Shown: piece by piece, positions 40,624 to 52,997 of the stretch
How positions within the stretch are numbered: position 1 is the first letter of the stretch
Layout of the letters: each line of letters begins with the position of its first letter
From: Podarcis pityusensis
Lineage: Eukaryota
Reading direction: 5' to 3' (one strand)
Assembly (NCBI GenBank): GCA_964106645.2
Contig: OZ067038.1
Length of the DNA stretch: 64,000 nucleotides
The notes under the pieces: model-generated
What the model was told of the DNA's origin: nothing
Database searches by the model: none
What the model saw: only the letters and a program-made list of their open reading frames with translations
Position numbers and translations under genes: made by a program

Positions 40624-40765
40624 CTGTTTCACCCAAGGTGTGACGTTCTTCCTGAGTCTCAGTTCCCTGCTCTGCGCTTCAGTCACTCCAAGACATTTCC
40701 CAATCTGCTTATCTGAGAAGCCGATCTGCTTCGCTCTCCTCAGGCTCTCCTCTGGAATCGATTCA
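40624..40765 (-). CDS. CPS1: CPS1 internal exon (~human exon 22), 142 bp
   Basis: Manual translation (phase-2 start): [47 protein letters not shown], matching human [47 protein letters not shown] (recalled). AG acceptor and GT donor present. Confidence 0.95.
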
Positions 40766-43574
40766 CTAGGATGAACACAAAAAGAATTGTTATGAATACC
40801 ACATATTTCATGTTTTTGAGTATTGTCTGCATTTAAAGAGGGGGCAGATTGGAGAGGGACGAAAGTACTCAGTGCTAGTACGCAGTTTGAATGTTAAGTG
40901 TAGGAACCCAAAGTTCAAACCCCACATTTACCTATAAATCCCCTGGGGTAGCAGGAGGCAAGGACCTCTTAGTAATACAACTCTGGCTCCCCATAAATTA
41001 TTGTGAATTTAAAGTACTCCATGAAAGTGTGGAATACAAAATAAAAATAAAAATAATTGGCTGGTAATAATGGACTTACCTGGCACCAAAATCGTAAACA
41101 TTTGTCTTTTGAGGTCAAATCTGACATTCAGCCTTGCCAACAGACCCATCAAAACTTCCCAGCTACTTGCCACAAACACTTAATTGTCACAAAGAGTCAT
41201 TAGATTGCAATGTTATACTCTCCACAGAGAGTACACAGAGATTATAATTACCACTCATGTTACCCTCCTGAAACATTTTATTATTATTTATTAACAATAT
41301 AAACAAACTTTGTAAAATAATAAAGAAAAACATTCATAAAACATCACAACATACAAAAATCCAATTCATATATATATATAAAACAAGAGTACAAACACTA
41401 TATTTACCTAGCAGCTTCAAAATACCCCTGACATCTTTAACTATGCATGACTTTGACCCAGCTATGTCCTCTGAGATGGTTGAATCTATTCCAATACTAG
41501 CAAAACTTATCCGTTATCCTAGTATTTTCCATATTTCTCCCCCTCATCCCCAACATGCATCATCTTCCAGACACACGGAAAGAGGTTCTCTCTGCAGCAA
41601 CCTTCACTGCATGGCTGTGTCCACCTTCAGACACCACCCATTTGGGCATGGTTGCCAAACACCTGCAGCTGCTCCCATACAGCTCCTGATGACATGCGCA
41701 AGCTCTGTGTGGTCATGTGACACACTACATGCCTGCCCCATCAGGTTATGTATGAAGTGGGCCTGTGTGTGAACTACACAAGTATTTTGCTGAAGAAGCA
41801 TATTGTGCCAGGCAAAGCCCCCATCGTCTTGGTGCCTATGAAGGTTTCAACCTCCAGTTAGCCCACTGCCATTTTAAATTTTCCAACACAAACCATGCAC
41901 AGCTGTGCGGCTGGCTGTATAAACCCACAAGAGTCAGTGTGTCACTGTCAGTAAGCTAAGGGCTTGGATGTGAAAGATGGATATGAACGAGTTCAGTGCT
42001 AACGGCTTCTTAAAGTGTGAAATGTATTAGAAGTGCTTAATTCTGGCTGAATTGTGCTTTACTTCTGTCCCCCCCCCCCACCTCCATCAATCACCCCCAC
42101 CTTTTCAGAATGGAGGGTTTTTGTTATTTAACCTTCTATTTGTGCTTGTTACAAAGATTTAAAGCTTAAGGCCAATTCTCCACTAAAAATGTGCATACAA
42201 ATAGGTGGCATTCCCACACTGAACACAGCCTCAGGTTGCAACCTCTTGGTGGACCAATGACTAGAAGCTGTTACTCTCTACAGTTACTTCCAAATGCAAG
42301 CAACAGGTGCAAATACTTGGAAGGGTTCCTATTATATTTTTATTCACTTTGCCTTGTCAATCTAAATTTTGGTCTCTCTTCTCATCAGCTTGCTGCCTTG
42401 CCATCTTTGGCCTTCTGCTGAACTAAGTGCTTTCCTCCAGCTCTCCTTATGCATTTTTCATCTCCTCAGTTCCTGTTTCTCCTGTGCAAACCACAGACCA
42501 CACATACCTATTTCTTCTATGGCCTCTACCCATCACTCTGATAAAGCTTCTGCCTCTGTTCAGTTTATTGGCAGCTCAGCTTTAGTGAAACCACAACAAG
42601 CCCCCACCCCTCTGCACAAACACAAACTGCTTTTGGATCTCATGGTTAAGAGCATTATTGGTTAGCTTGCCTAATGCATCAATATCTTTCATGTGTAAGC
42701 AAGCACTGGCTCTGGAAGGAGAATTTGACAAAACACTGTTTTCTGAAAGAGGACCTTTGAATTTATTATGCTACAAGGAGAAGAAAAGCTCCCTTGGTCA
42801 GGCCAAAGTTCCATGCAGCCCAGAATCCCACAGAGGCCAACCAAATACCTCCAAGAAGCATATTCCTTGCACACTGGCGTGGGAATGAAAATGTCAGGGA
42901 ACGTTTTTAAAATGGCAATATAGGGAAATGTGCCAAAGGAAACAAAGGTATGCAAAAGTGCCTGCAGGAGAGATGCTCAGGCCAACCTTTTGCAATCTGG
43001 AATGGCTGGACTTTAATGAAGCAAGTCAGAAGGTTGGAAAATGAAGGCTAGGAGTTCTGGGCATCCAGAAGCAACAGCATTGTGTTCCTTTGTAAAAGCA
43101 TCAAAGGGCTACTGGAAGTCTATGGAATATACTATGATAAAACCAGTGTTGGTCTTGGTTAACCTTGATCTTGGGAGGCTAAGCAGGACCAAGCTCTGCT
43201 TGCACTTCTTAGAGAGCATCTTGGAGTATTAGGTTCAACAGAATGGAGATGCAGTTGCTACAAATGGAGTTTAGTTGAAGACAGTGTGGTTGTTGAATGT
43301 GGGGCTGTACCATTTCAGGCTGCAGCTGGAATGTAAGGAACTGCCTGCCTGGAGTAAATGAGCATCTTCAAGAAAAAGGTTTTGCACAGCCCCTGAAAAT
43401 TAGCACCCCAAGGTTCTCCTTTTTCCTGAGATGCTAGTTTTCTGGAGGCAGGTTTTTTAAAAAATAATAATAATATGTGGGGATATATTCAAATCCCTTC
43501 TCCTGCCATTTGAAATGCAACAGCCCTGGGAACAGCCCCAGATATTGTTTATCTGAACAAGCTTTACGAGGAGC

Positions 43575-43945
43575 ACTCGAAGGAGCTGGGTAGGTTTAGC
43601 CTGGAAAAGAGAAGACTGAGAAGAAATATGATAGCCGTCTTCAAATACCTTAAGGACTGTCACATGAAAACATGCTTCCCCTGCTCCTCCTACTCTGGAG
43701 GGTAGGACTCGAACCAATGACTTCAAGCTACAAAAAAGGAGATTCCGACTAAACCTGTGGAAAAAACTTTCTGGCAGTAAGTGCCGTTCAGCAGTGGAAG
43801 AGACTCCCATGAGAAGCGGTGGACTCTCCTTCCCTGGAGGTTTTTAAGCAGAGGTTGGAGGGTCATCTGTCCTGGATGCTTTAGCTGAGATTCCGGCATT
43901 GCGGGGGGTTGGGATAGATGACACTTGGTAAGATTCTATGATTCT
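43575..43945 (+). mobile_element. CR1 3' fragment
   Basis: [23 protein letters not shown]...FKQRL; ends in ATTCTATGATTCT. Confidence 0.85.
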
Positions 43946-44559
43946 AAGTGAATGATTATTTGCCCAACTCTTTCTTGTGCTCTCACACACTAAAATGAAG
44001 TGTACAATTAAAATAACATATTAAACTTGCTTGTTAGACAGTAAGTAGCTACAAAAAAGAAGACAAAGGGAAAGAAGGTAGGAATAAAAATTAAACTGAA
44101 TATAGTTTAGAGCAGAGATGGGGAACCTTTTTTGTCTGAAGTCTGCCTTCCAGCAGAGGAGGAGACCAGACCAGGGTAAACCTTCATCAAGCACATTGTA
44201 TCTACAGGGTTAAGGAAACACCTATAATGAAGAAGAGAAGTCTCCTATTTGATGATTACAAATTATACTTGCCGCTGTATACTATGCTCTATCCTTGAAG
44301 CACAGGGCAAGTAAAAAAGGAAAGAATTCTTAAAATGATTAAAGAAGCAGGAAACCAGCTGGGAAGCAGTTGGATCATTGCATGTCAAGGAAGTGAAAGG
44401 TGTGCTATAAGAGTATAAAGAAATTGCAGAGAAGTGCCTGTCTTTTCAGCAGAAGACAGAGCGCAGGCAGCTGTGCCTCAACTGGCATTTTCAGGAAGGA
44501 GGGTGGAGAAACTAAGGCAAACAGCGGTGATAAGAGATTAAAAGTCCAGCTGGCATTGA

Positions 44560-45020
44560 TCAGGGAGTGCTTAAAGATCCCACATGTGAAATTGCTGATC
44601 TTCTATCAAAAATATTTAACTTATACCAGGGGGTTGGAAACTGGCCAATATAATGCCAATTTTTAAAATGTGCCATCTGGTGGAAACCAGGAAATGGTAG
44701 ACCACAGAGTGTAATGTCTGTCCCAGGTAAACTGGTAGAAAGTATTACAAAAGGCAAAATTATTAAGGACAAATTTTGCTGAGAAAGAATCGATATGGCT
44801 TCCAGAAAAGTAAGCTCTGCCTCACTAACCTTTCAGAGTTCTTTGGAGTGTCAATGGGCAAGAGGATGGCGTCACCAAACTGGACTATGACTACATTAAA
44901 AATAGCAAACTTCACCAACAAACCAACTCCTCGAGGCATCATTTATCTGGACTTTGAATAGCTTTGCATAAAGTCTTGCATCTCTTACAGATCACTAACT
45001 GGTTAAAAGAACAGGAAACA
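44560..45020 (+). mobile_element. Degenerate CR1 RT fragment
   Basis: NRYGFQKSKLCLTNLSEFF, IYLDF and PGN.RP.SV.SVPGKL remnants. Confidence 0.75.
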
Positions 45021-46115
45021 GACTACATATAAATAAATGATTTATTTGGTTTATTTGCAGAACAAAACTTTCTTGCCCCCCCTACAACCTTACTCATGCC
45101 CTCAAAATCTGCTCCAGAGGGTGGCACTCCAGCAGGAAGATGAGTGGAGCTTTGCTTGCAGAGCACTGAATACAACCAGTGCTGTTTTTCTAGAAAAATA
45201 GATGTTGAAATTCACCATGAACACCACTGCCTTGTATAATAGCAATGGTGCCCACCTGAGATGTGCTGGACCTGAGTCTTAACCTGCACACCCTAAAATG
45301 CCTTAGTTCAACATTCACAGAGTTTCCATGAAAGCTGACTTCTATGATCTTACCCTCATCTCAGACATGTCTATGACAAATGTACTTGTCTTCCACAGGG
45401 CATGTCTTCCACAGAGTTTGAAACTCCCATTGTTTTAGGCGCATTTTGCAACAAGGAATTTCATTAATGCGAGCTGTGCACAGATACTGTGCCAAAAATA
45501 TCGGATTGAAACTGCTACTGCTGGAAGGAAAGAAGGACCTTTTCTGCCTCCCCACTTCCAGCCACTCTCTGAAGACTGGAGAAGAGACCCTCTGAAGAAT
45601 ATTAGGGAGGGGGGCAGGGAAAGTATGGCTTTGTTTTTTGCAGCCTACAGATGAGGACTAGACCATGTGAAAAATGAACATAAGATTTTAGCTGCAGTTC
45701 CTTCATTTTCAGCTTTGTATATAAAAAGCGTGCCTAGACACTCCGTTGCAGCACCCATAACCTAGTGTTAAGGTGCCATTTAGCTCCTAGCTTTCGTATC
45801 TCAGTTTCTAACACTGGTCTTTCATAACAGTCAAGGTGGTATTATTGCATCTGTTTTTGCCATTGGGAAACGAGGCATAAGCTGCCCTATGCGGAGTCAG
45901 ATCATTTGTCCATCTCTCACTCAGAATTGCCTATAGGCTCTCCAGGATCTCAGGCAAGTGGTCTTTTCATACCCTGCTTCCTGTAGTATATAAAACAATG
46001 CTAACAAGACAGCAGCAAAAAAATAGGCTGCATGGTTACTGCATGCATCAGCACCCATTACCTCAATATCACGTTCACTATTCTTTAAAGCACACTGCCC
46101 AACACTTCCTTAAGA

Positions 46116-46496
46116 GGTAATGATAAAGGACCCCTGGATGGTTAAATCCAGTCAAAGGTGACTCTGGGGTTGCAGCGCTCATCTTGCTTACAGGCCGAGG
46201 GAGCCAACATTGGTCCACAGACAGCTTTCTGGGTCATATGGCCAGCAGAACTAAACCGATTCAGGTTCAATGGGACACCGTGATGGAAACCATAGCACAC
46301 GGAAACACCGTTTACCTTCCCACCACAGTGGTACCTATTTATCCACTTGCACTGGTGTGCTTTTGAACTGCCAAGTTAGCAGGAGCTGGGACAGAGCAAC
46401 GGGAGCTCACCCCATCACAGAGATTTGAACTGCCGACCTTCCAATCGGCAAGCCCAAGAGGTTCAGTGGTTTAGACCACAGCACCACCCACATCCC
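46116..46496 (-). mobile_element. Sauria-type SINE (older subfamily)
   Basis: Homologous to 10440-10789 over its full length. Confidence 0.88.
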
Positions 46497-48806
46497 TATT
46501 CCATAAGAGGACCTTGTTTCAACAAAAATGCCTACCAGAACCACCACACCAGAGCAAGCACCCGTCTCCCGCACACTCGCCACACAGATATGTGTCTGTC
46601 GGCAACAGCCCACACCCACCCTGGCTGCTTTTCAGGCCTTCTATAGACCAGATGCCCCAGACGTGTCCGCAGGCACACCTCAAAGTTCTTCCCAACAGTC
46701 CTGCACCAATGCTCAGGCTGGTAAAGCTGCCATGGAACTAGGGAGGCAGATGGGCTCAGCCCCCCTGTCCCCATAGCCATCCTGCCTGGTTTGACATTCT
46801 CTTTTGCACTGGAGATGCCAGGGACTAGAATAATTTGTATCTACAGCATGTGCACCACGCACTGAGCTGTGGCTCCTCTCAATCGATGCTCTTCAACAGG
46901 TCGGGTCGACTTATTCAACCAACTGCTCAAAGTGGGAAGGGCAGGGAGAGAGATTCTTCCTGTTCCAGTTTCACTGTGGTCTCTCTCCCCCCCACACCTC
47001 CCACATTCTCTGGCCTCCTGAGTACCTTCTCTTAAATTTTATAAACACACACAAATACCCTTCAAAAAGCCTCATAAGGTTAAATTCACTTAATTCCAAC
47101 CCGTAACTAAATTCAAAGCTCTGACATTCTAAGAGGCAGTGATTAACGTCTTTTATACAGTTCTACTCCCAATATTTGCCTGCACAAAATGACAGTTTGA
47201 AGTTTTCGAGCAGGAGAAAAATTGTCTTCCAGCTAGACAATCAACCTTTTTACGCACTGCCATAATCATTTAATGGTTAGGCAGTGCCGCTCACTTCCTA
47301 ACAAAATGAAGTCTCTCGTGTTTTCCTGTTTATAAACAATATAAACTATTCCCCCTGTGCATTCCCTCCCTCCGTTTTCAGCTGCTTCTAGTGTAGATTT
47401 TTGTTGCTGTGGGGTTTTTTTCTTTTTTTGTTTAAAATTCTACCCTGTCATCTCTGAAACTCCATCCACTGACGCTTCTTTTTCAATAATAAATGATAAA
47501 AGGAAATGGAATAAATTCCCCTTAATGAGGAAATTTTCACCTGGCACAGAGGAACTGGGGAAATCTATTAACTGACTCAAGGAATGCCTGCAGCATCGCA
47601 ATTACCCGGGGAGCCAGAACGCTTCAGTACGGTCCTCTCTTCCACTTGACTGGCTTTCATCTGATCTACTGGCTCGTGAGTAATACTAAACTAGCGTGTC
47701 TTTGGAAAGCACCCTCTCTAATATGAAACTGAGAAGTCTGCTAACTGAAGGGCTTTGCAAAGTTATTACCACGTAAGGGAGGAGGCACTGCAGAAACAGG
47801 CACACCATCAGGTAGTCAAGTCCACACGCCCCCTTTAGCAAATAGGAACGCAGCACCTCTAGGCCATACAGGCACAAGCAAACACCACAGAAGGTATATA
47901 ATATGAAAGATGCTGCTTGGACATATGGGGCACCTGCTCTTCTCACAGGGACGTATTTCACTGGTTGACGCTGCAGTTCAACAGCCATTCCCTCTCCTGC
48001 AGAATCCGTGCCAAACTATCATTCACAGATTTATCATGACAGCTGAACTGGTGCAACTGGAGGTGGTGGTACAGACAGGGCCCAAAGCAGGGGTGGGGAA
48101 CTGTATTCAGCCTGAATTCCCTTCTGGGAATTCTCCAGGGGCCACATATCCACCTCTGCCCTCTGTCCAGACAAGTAAGAAGCAACTGCACATTCGAGCC
48201 AGGCAAACTTACACAAGGAGGGTGTAAAGCAGGCAATGTCAGGGGTGTGGCCTGGGAGGGAGGGTGTCTTGGGGGTCAGATGGAGAGGCCCAGAAAACCA
48301 CATTTGGCCCAGGACTTGAGGCACCCCATCCCTAGCCTAAAGGATCTAAAGCAGAACCTACCTGTGGCACATGGATGCTGCCTCCTTCGGTACAATTCTG
48401 CCCGTCTACCTGACTCTTCCTGCTGCTCCTCCTGAGCTCCTTGGGTTCCAGTTAGGTGGAAGAGTAATAAATGTGAAGCAGGGAGTGTGAATGGAAAATG
48501 CAAAAACTTCACTTGTGAGTGGAGCCCATCAGAGAACTGTCTTCCCTTGGGTTCAGTCAGGGCCAATCCACATCTACCTTTCCTCTTAAACCTCAATCAA
48601 AGCAAACGTTAATCTGCAGAAAACCCAAACTGATGTTTGCTCCAATTCTACTTTAAAGAGCAGATTTTTGCAGGGAAAACTCAGGGCAAAAAAAATCAAA
48701 AAGCACTCAGACTTACAGCATTAAAGTGTAGACTTCTGCCTGGAAAGAGCAGGGCAAAAGGGAAGTGTGGATAAGCCCCAATCGGTGTGATCTATTGACC
48801 CATATA

Positions 48807-49032
48807 CAGTGGTACCTCAGGTTAAGTACTTAATTCGTTCCAGAGGTCCGTTCTTAACCTGAAACTGTTCTTAACCTGAAGGACCACTTTAGCTAATGGG
48901 GCCTCCTGCTGCCGCCACGCCGCCGGAGTACGATTTCAGTTCTCATCCTGAAACAAAGTTCTTAACCCGAGGTACTATTTCTGGATTAGCGGAGTCTGTA
49001 ACCTGAAGCGTCTGTAACCCAAGGTACCACTG
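48807..49032. mobile_element. Tc1/mariner (Tigger-like) MITE
   Basis: CAGTGGTACCT TIRs with TA TSD; same family as 11876-12116. Confidence 0.9.
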
Positions 49033-49847
49033 TAGTACCACTTCCTATACATACCTCTGAAATAGAACTTCCTTTTATCCCTTGAGTTACAAAACCTTGG
49101 TCCTGGAGGTTCTGCTAAATATGATTAGAAAGGACCGGTTGGTTAAGGGCATACAGGTCGGAGCTAAACAGTACAAATTGAGAGCATTTGCAGATGACCT
49201 AGTATTGACGCTACAGGAGCCAGAATCTAGCACTAAAAGAGTTTTAGAATTAATTCAGGAATTTGGTCAGGTGGCAGGTTTTAAATTGAACAAGCTAAAA
49301 ACTAAGGTTTTAGAGAAAAATTTAACACCGATTGAAAGAGAGAGGTTTCAGAATGAGACAGGATTGAATGTGGTAAAGAAAGTGAAATACCTGGGGATTA
49401 ATATGACAGCCAAAAATGGGAACTTATTTAAAGATAATTACGAAAAATGTTGGACGGAAGTGAAAAAAGATTTAGAAATTTGGTCAAATTTGAAACTCTC
49501 ATTGCTGGGCCGTAATGCTGTGATAAAGATGAATGTATTGCCTAGAATGTTGTTTTTGTTTCAGACATTACAAATTGTAGATAAGATGGACTGTTTCAAG
49601 AAGTGGCAGAGAGATATTTCTAGATTTGTCTGGCAGGGCAAGAAGCCCAGAATAAAATTTAAGATATTAACTGATGCCAAGGAAAGAGGTGGATTTGCCC
49701 TGCCTGACCTTAAACTTTATTATGAATCAGCAGCCTTTTGCTGGCTGAAATAATGGCTACTTCTTGAAAACACAGACATTTTGGATCTAGAAGGTTTTAA
49801 CAATGTATTTGGATGGCATGCATACTTATGGTATGATAAGGTCAAAG

Positions 49848-50333
49848 AACAAAGCCCTATACGGCCTAGGACCCTCGTACCTACGGGACCGCCTCTCCTG
49901 GTATGCCCCACAGAGGAACCTACGGTCTGCAAATAAAAACATCCTGAAGGTCCCAGGCCTCAGAGAGGTTAGGCTGGCCTCAACTAGAGCCAGGGCTTTC
50001 TCGGCTGCGGCTCCAATCTGGTGGAATGCTCTGTCACAAGAGACTAGGGCCCTGCGGGACCTGACATCTTTCCGCAAGGCCTGCAAGACAGAGTTGTTCC
50101 GCCAGGCCTTTGGTCAGGGCCCAGCCTGACTCCCACCTCCGGCAACCTGCACAGAACTTTGCTTAACGGTTGCCATTAATTTGATTTTAATTAATTTTTA
50201 TAATGAAATGTTTTAGAATGTTGGATTATTTGATTGTTTGATTATTTGTTTGTTGTTAGCCGCCCTGAGCCTGGCTTTGGCTGGGGAGGGCGGGATATAA
50301 ATAAAATTTATTATTATTATTATTATTATTATT
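49848..50333 (+). mobile_element. L2 LINE 3' fragment nested in the L1
   Basis: KALYGLGPSYLRDRL...RAFSAAAPIWWNAL...FRKACKTELFRQAF (L2 ORF2 C-terminus), 3' stem-loop, (TTA)n tail. Confidence 0.9.
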
Positions 50334-51140
50334 CAAAAACCATATTGTTAGGAAAGCATTGTTTAATGTTTGGATAAGATATAAAGATTTATTGGAAAAT
50401 AAAAGAGTAGCGTTGGCAAAGGCAGACTGAGGCATTCAGCAGATGTGCATGAGTTCGGGGAATGTGCCCCAGACCACAGCTTCTTCCAGCAAATGCCAGG
50501 CCCGAGCTGTGGGCAGAGGTTGATTTAAGCACCTGCCTTCCCACCCAGCACTTCAAATGGCAGCTACCAAGCAGCTACCCACTCTGCTCCCAGTTCGGAG
50601 CACCAGGTAGGGGGCGCGGCCAACCCAACATGGCGACGAAGGTAGTTACTAAGTAATTTCGTTTACCCTCATCAAAGTCTTACGTGGTTTTAAGCGGTTT
50701 TATCCTCCTTTGTTTTTATCCGAGAGTTTTAATGATCTGCTGGTTGTGCTGGCTGTCTTTTAATCTCGCTCCACTTGTGTTATTTTGTTTTATCTGGGTT
50801 GTTCCGACCCCCCCGGACTCGCCGCCACGCTGCCGCCGCCTCCCTAACTGGGAGAGATAAGTGAAAAGTTTCCTGGGCATAAATCCTCTGCCCGGTCAAC
50901 CAGCTATTTTCTTTTAGCTGTTAGCTTACTGCATATTGCGAAGTGAAGTTTGCCCGACTGCTGGAACCGGGCTGTTTCAAAAATCCTAGGAATAAGGAAG
51001 AGGGGAAGGAAGAGGCTTGAACTGGAGTAATTTTACGGCACCACTCTCCTGGAAGTGGTAGTATTCCTGTGAGGAAGACTAAAGGACTTAAGGAGCTCCC
51101 CAGCACAGTGCCCACGTCGGTTCCCCTGCAAAATTGATTT

Positions 51141-52997
51141 ATGGGCCATGGAAAACACCCAAGAGACCCTGACGAGGCATTATCCTCTCCGAGGCCTAAG
51201 CAATCAAGGAAGGGTTTACCTAAAGGTGGGAGAGGCCCCGAGGAATGTATCTACTCAATAGCAATTCAAAATCGTTTCGATCCTCTAACGGCCCTTGAAA
51301 CAACATCAAAAGATGAGGCCCCTGAGACGCTACAAATTGGAAAAGCCAATGGTAACACAAATGGGGATGGTCCCTATCCGAAGGAGGTGTTGGTAGCCGA
51401 ATCTGCGGACTGCACAGGTTGTGAGCAACTCCATCTAATAATTAGAACTCTAAACTGTATATTTAAGAGAATTGATGGCCTATCCTCTCAGCTGCATAGC
51501 CTTCAGCAAAAACTGGATGACCAGCCGGTACAGACAGCCCAAGATGGGGCAGTAGATGTTCCATTGTGCCGGCAGAAAGCGCCACCAAACACTGATCGTA
51601 TGAAGAACTGCAAATATAATCTCAACCCCTCACTGAATCGCCAATCCCTGACTCTACATCCAAGGAAGATTTCCCTAACCTTCCGGGAAAGGGACCCAAG
51701 TTGGGCAACGCTACATGGGACTAAAGAGCACCTCAGATGGCTTCTAAAACTTGAGACATCACAAATAGATCTTTGTGCTGTGCTTCCCTTAATCCAACAG
51801 AACAGATATCAGAGAATGATGCTGGCTTTCCACTCTGCAAAAATCCCCTCTCTTATTATTAAGCAAAAAGTGTTTTTGAATAGTCTTGGCATTTTTCCAA
51901 CGAGAGTCTTCATGGATTCCATAATTAGACCCCTCCTATCGGAGGGATTAATCAAGGAGACAGCACAACCCTCCCATCCTGAACCACAAAAGAGGGCTGA
52001 GCTGCACACCCCATGTCTGGGCCAGTTCCAAAATGCCTCCACTCCTACAACTAAACACTACGATTGTGCCAGTAACTCTCTGACACCCCAGGAGGAAAGA
52101 GAGCTTATCGCCTCCTTTGGAGAGTTACCAGCGATGGAACAACAAGAAATTATAAATAGGCTAGACTTACTTAAACTTCAGCTCCTAAGTATTGCCTGCA
52201 ATGGAGTTTCTACGAATAATATCCACTCTAATTTAGCGGTGCCATGCCCCATGGAGGTGGAAACAGCAATTCCCCAATACCCAGCATATAAGGTGCCTTC
52301 TGCATTGGATGGGAAGGCCTCACTGCTGAAGGCAGACTCTTCTCCTCCCCTTCACGTTGGTAACTCATCTCTGCTGCTAATAGACTTATCTGTTCCCTCC
52401 GTGACTAACCGATCAAAGAATGGAACTCAGGATAACACCCCCCTGGATAAATCGTTGTCCCTTCATTCCTCCATGCCGGACTTGGAATCAACATACATCG
52501 AAGACCATCCACGACCTGAGACGGCAGTGGCCACTCCAAGTCAGGCTTCTTCAGAGCACTCTTGTCCACCAAAAATCCAACAATTACGTGAGGAAGACAC
52601 TACGGTGTCGAGAGTCACCACAGAGTGGATTGAAGACCCAGCAGGTCATATAAATCAAAGGATCACAAGTGTACCGGTTAGATCCCCAAAGAGGACGGCT
52701 CCAGCGGACTTGGCAGGAGCCTCTTCAGAGCCTAGTTGGGCCCGACAGCTAAAAACGCCAAATATTATCCCTACCCACCAGGATGCTAACTCTCTTCTGC
52801 CCCCCAAAAATTCTGGCCCTCGTGAGTCGATCGTGCCACAACCGGCTCGCATTAGAGCAAAAGACTCCCCACAACCGGTGTGCACCAGAGCAAAAGACTC
52901 ACCACACCAGGACGACAACTTTCAGCAAAGGAAAATAACGGACTTCTTTAAGGGAGCGTCCTGGTCGCATAAGAGCCCCCCACAAGAATTTAAATGA
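51141..52997 (+). CDS. ORF1 of the RTE-X-like LINE (618 aa)
   Basis: Uninterrupted ATG-TGA ORF; NRFDPL motif, CxxC plus heptad/coiled-coil, low-complexity P/S/T-rich C-half, terminal QRKITDFF. Confidence 0.85.
   Translation: MGHGKHPRDPDEALSSPRPKQSRKGLPKGGRGPEECIYSIAIQNRFDPLTALETTSKDEAPETLQIGKANGNTNGDGPYPKEVLVAESADCTGCEQLHLIIRTLNCIFKRIDGLSSQLHSLQQKLDDQPVQTAQDGAVDVPLCRQKAPPNTDRMKNCKYNLNPSLNRQSLTLHPRKISLTFRERDPSWATLHGTKEHLRWLLKLETSQIDLCAVLPLIQQNRYQRMMLAFHSAKIPSLIIKQKVFLNSLGIFPTRVFMDSIIRPLLSEGLIKETAQPSHPEPQKRAELHTPCLGQFQNASTPTTKHYDCASNSLTPQEERELIASFGELPAMEQQEIINRLDLLKLQLLSIACNGVSTNNIHSNLAVPCPMEVETAIPQYPAYKVPSALDGKASLLKADSSPPLHVGNSSLLLIDLSVPSVTNRSKNGTQDNTPLDKSLSLHSSMPDLESTYIEDHPRPETAVATPSQASSEHSCPPKIQQLREEDTTVSRVTTEWIEDPAGHINQRITSVPVRSPKRTAPADLAGASSEPSWARQLKTPNIIPTHQDANSLLPPKNSGPRESIVPQPARIRAKDSPQPVCTRAKDSPHQDDNFQQRKITDFFKGASWSHKSPPQEFK

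Noticed and set aside
46407-46780. Several overlapping short ORFs on both strands (similarly 26100-26480 and 61890-62363)
   Set aside because: GC-richer intronic or repeat sequence with few stops by chance; no recognisable protein.
47686-48330. Cluster of overlapping ~100-aa ORFs; one frame contains PCEKSRCPICP, faintly like a Penelope Cys motif
   Set aside because: No other supporting motif, stops flank the motif, and there is no splice or homology evidence; too weak to call.
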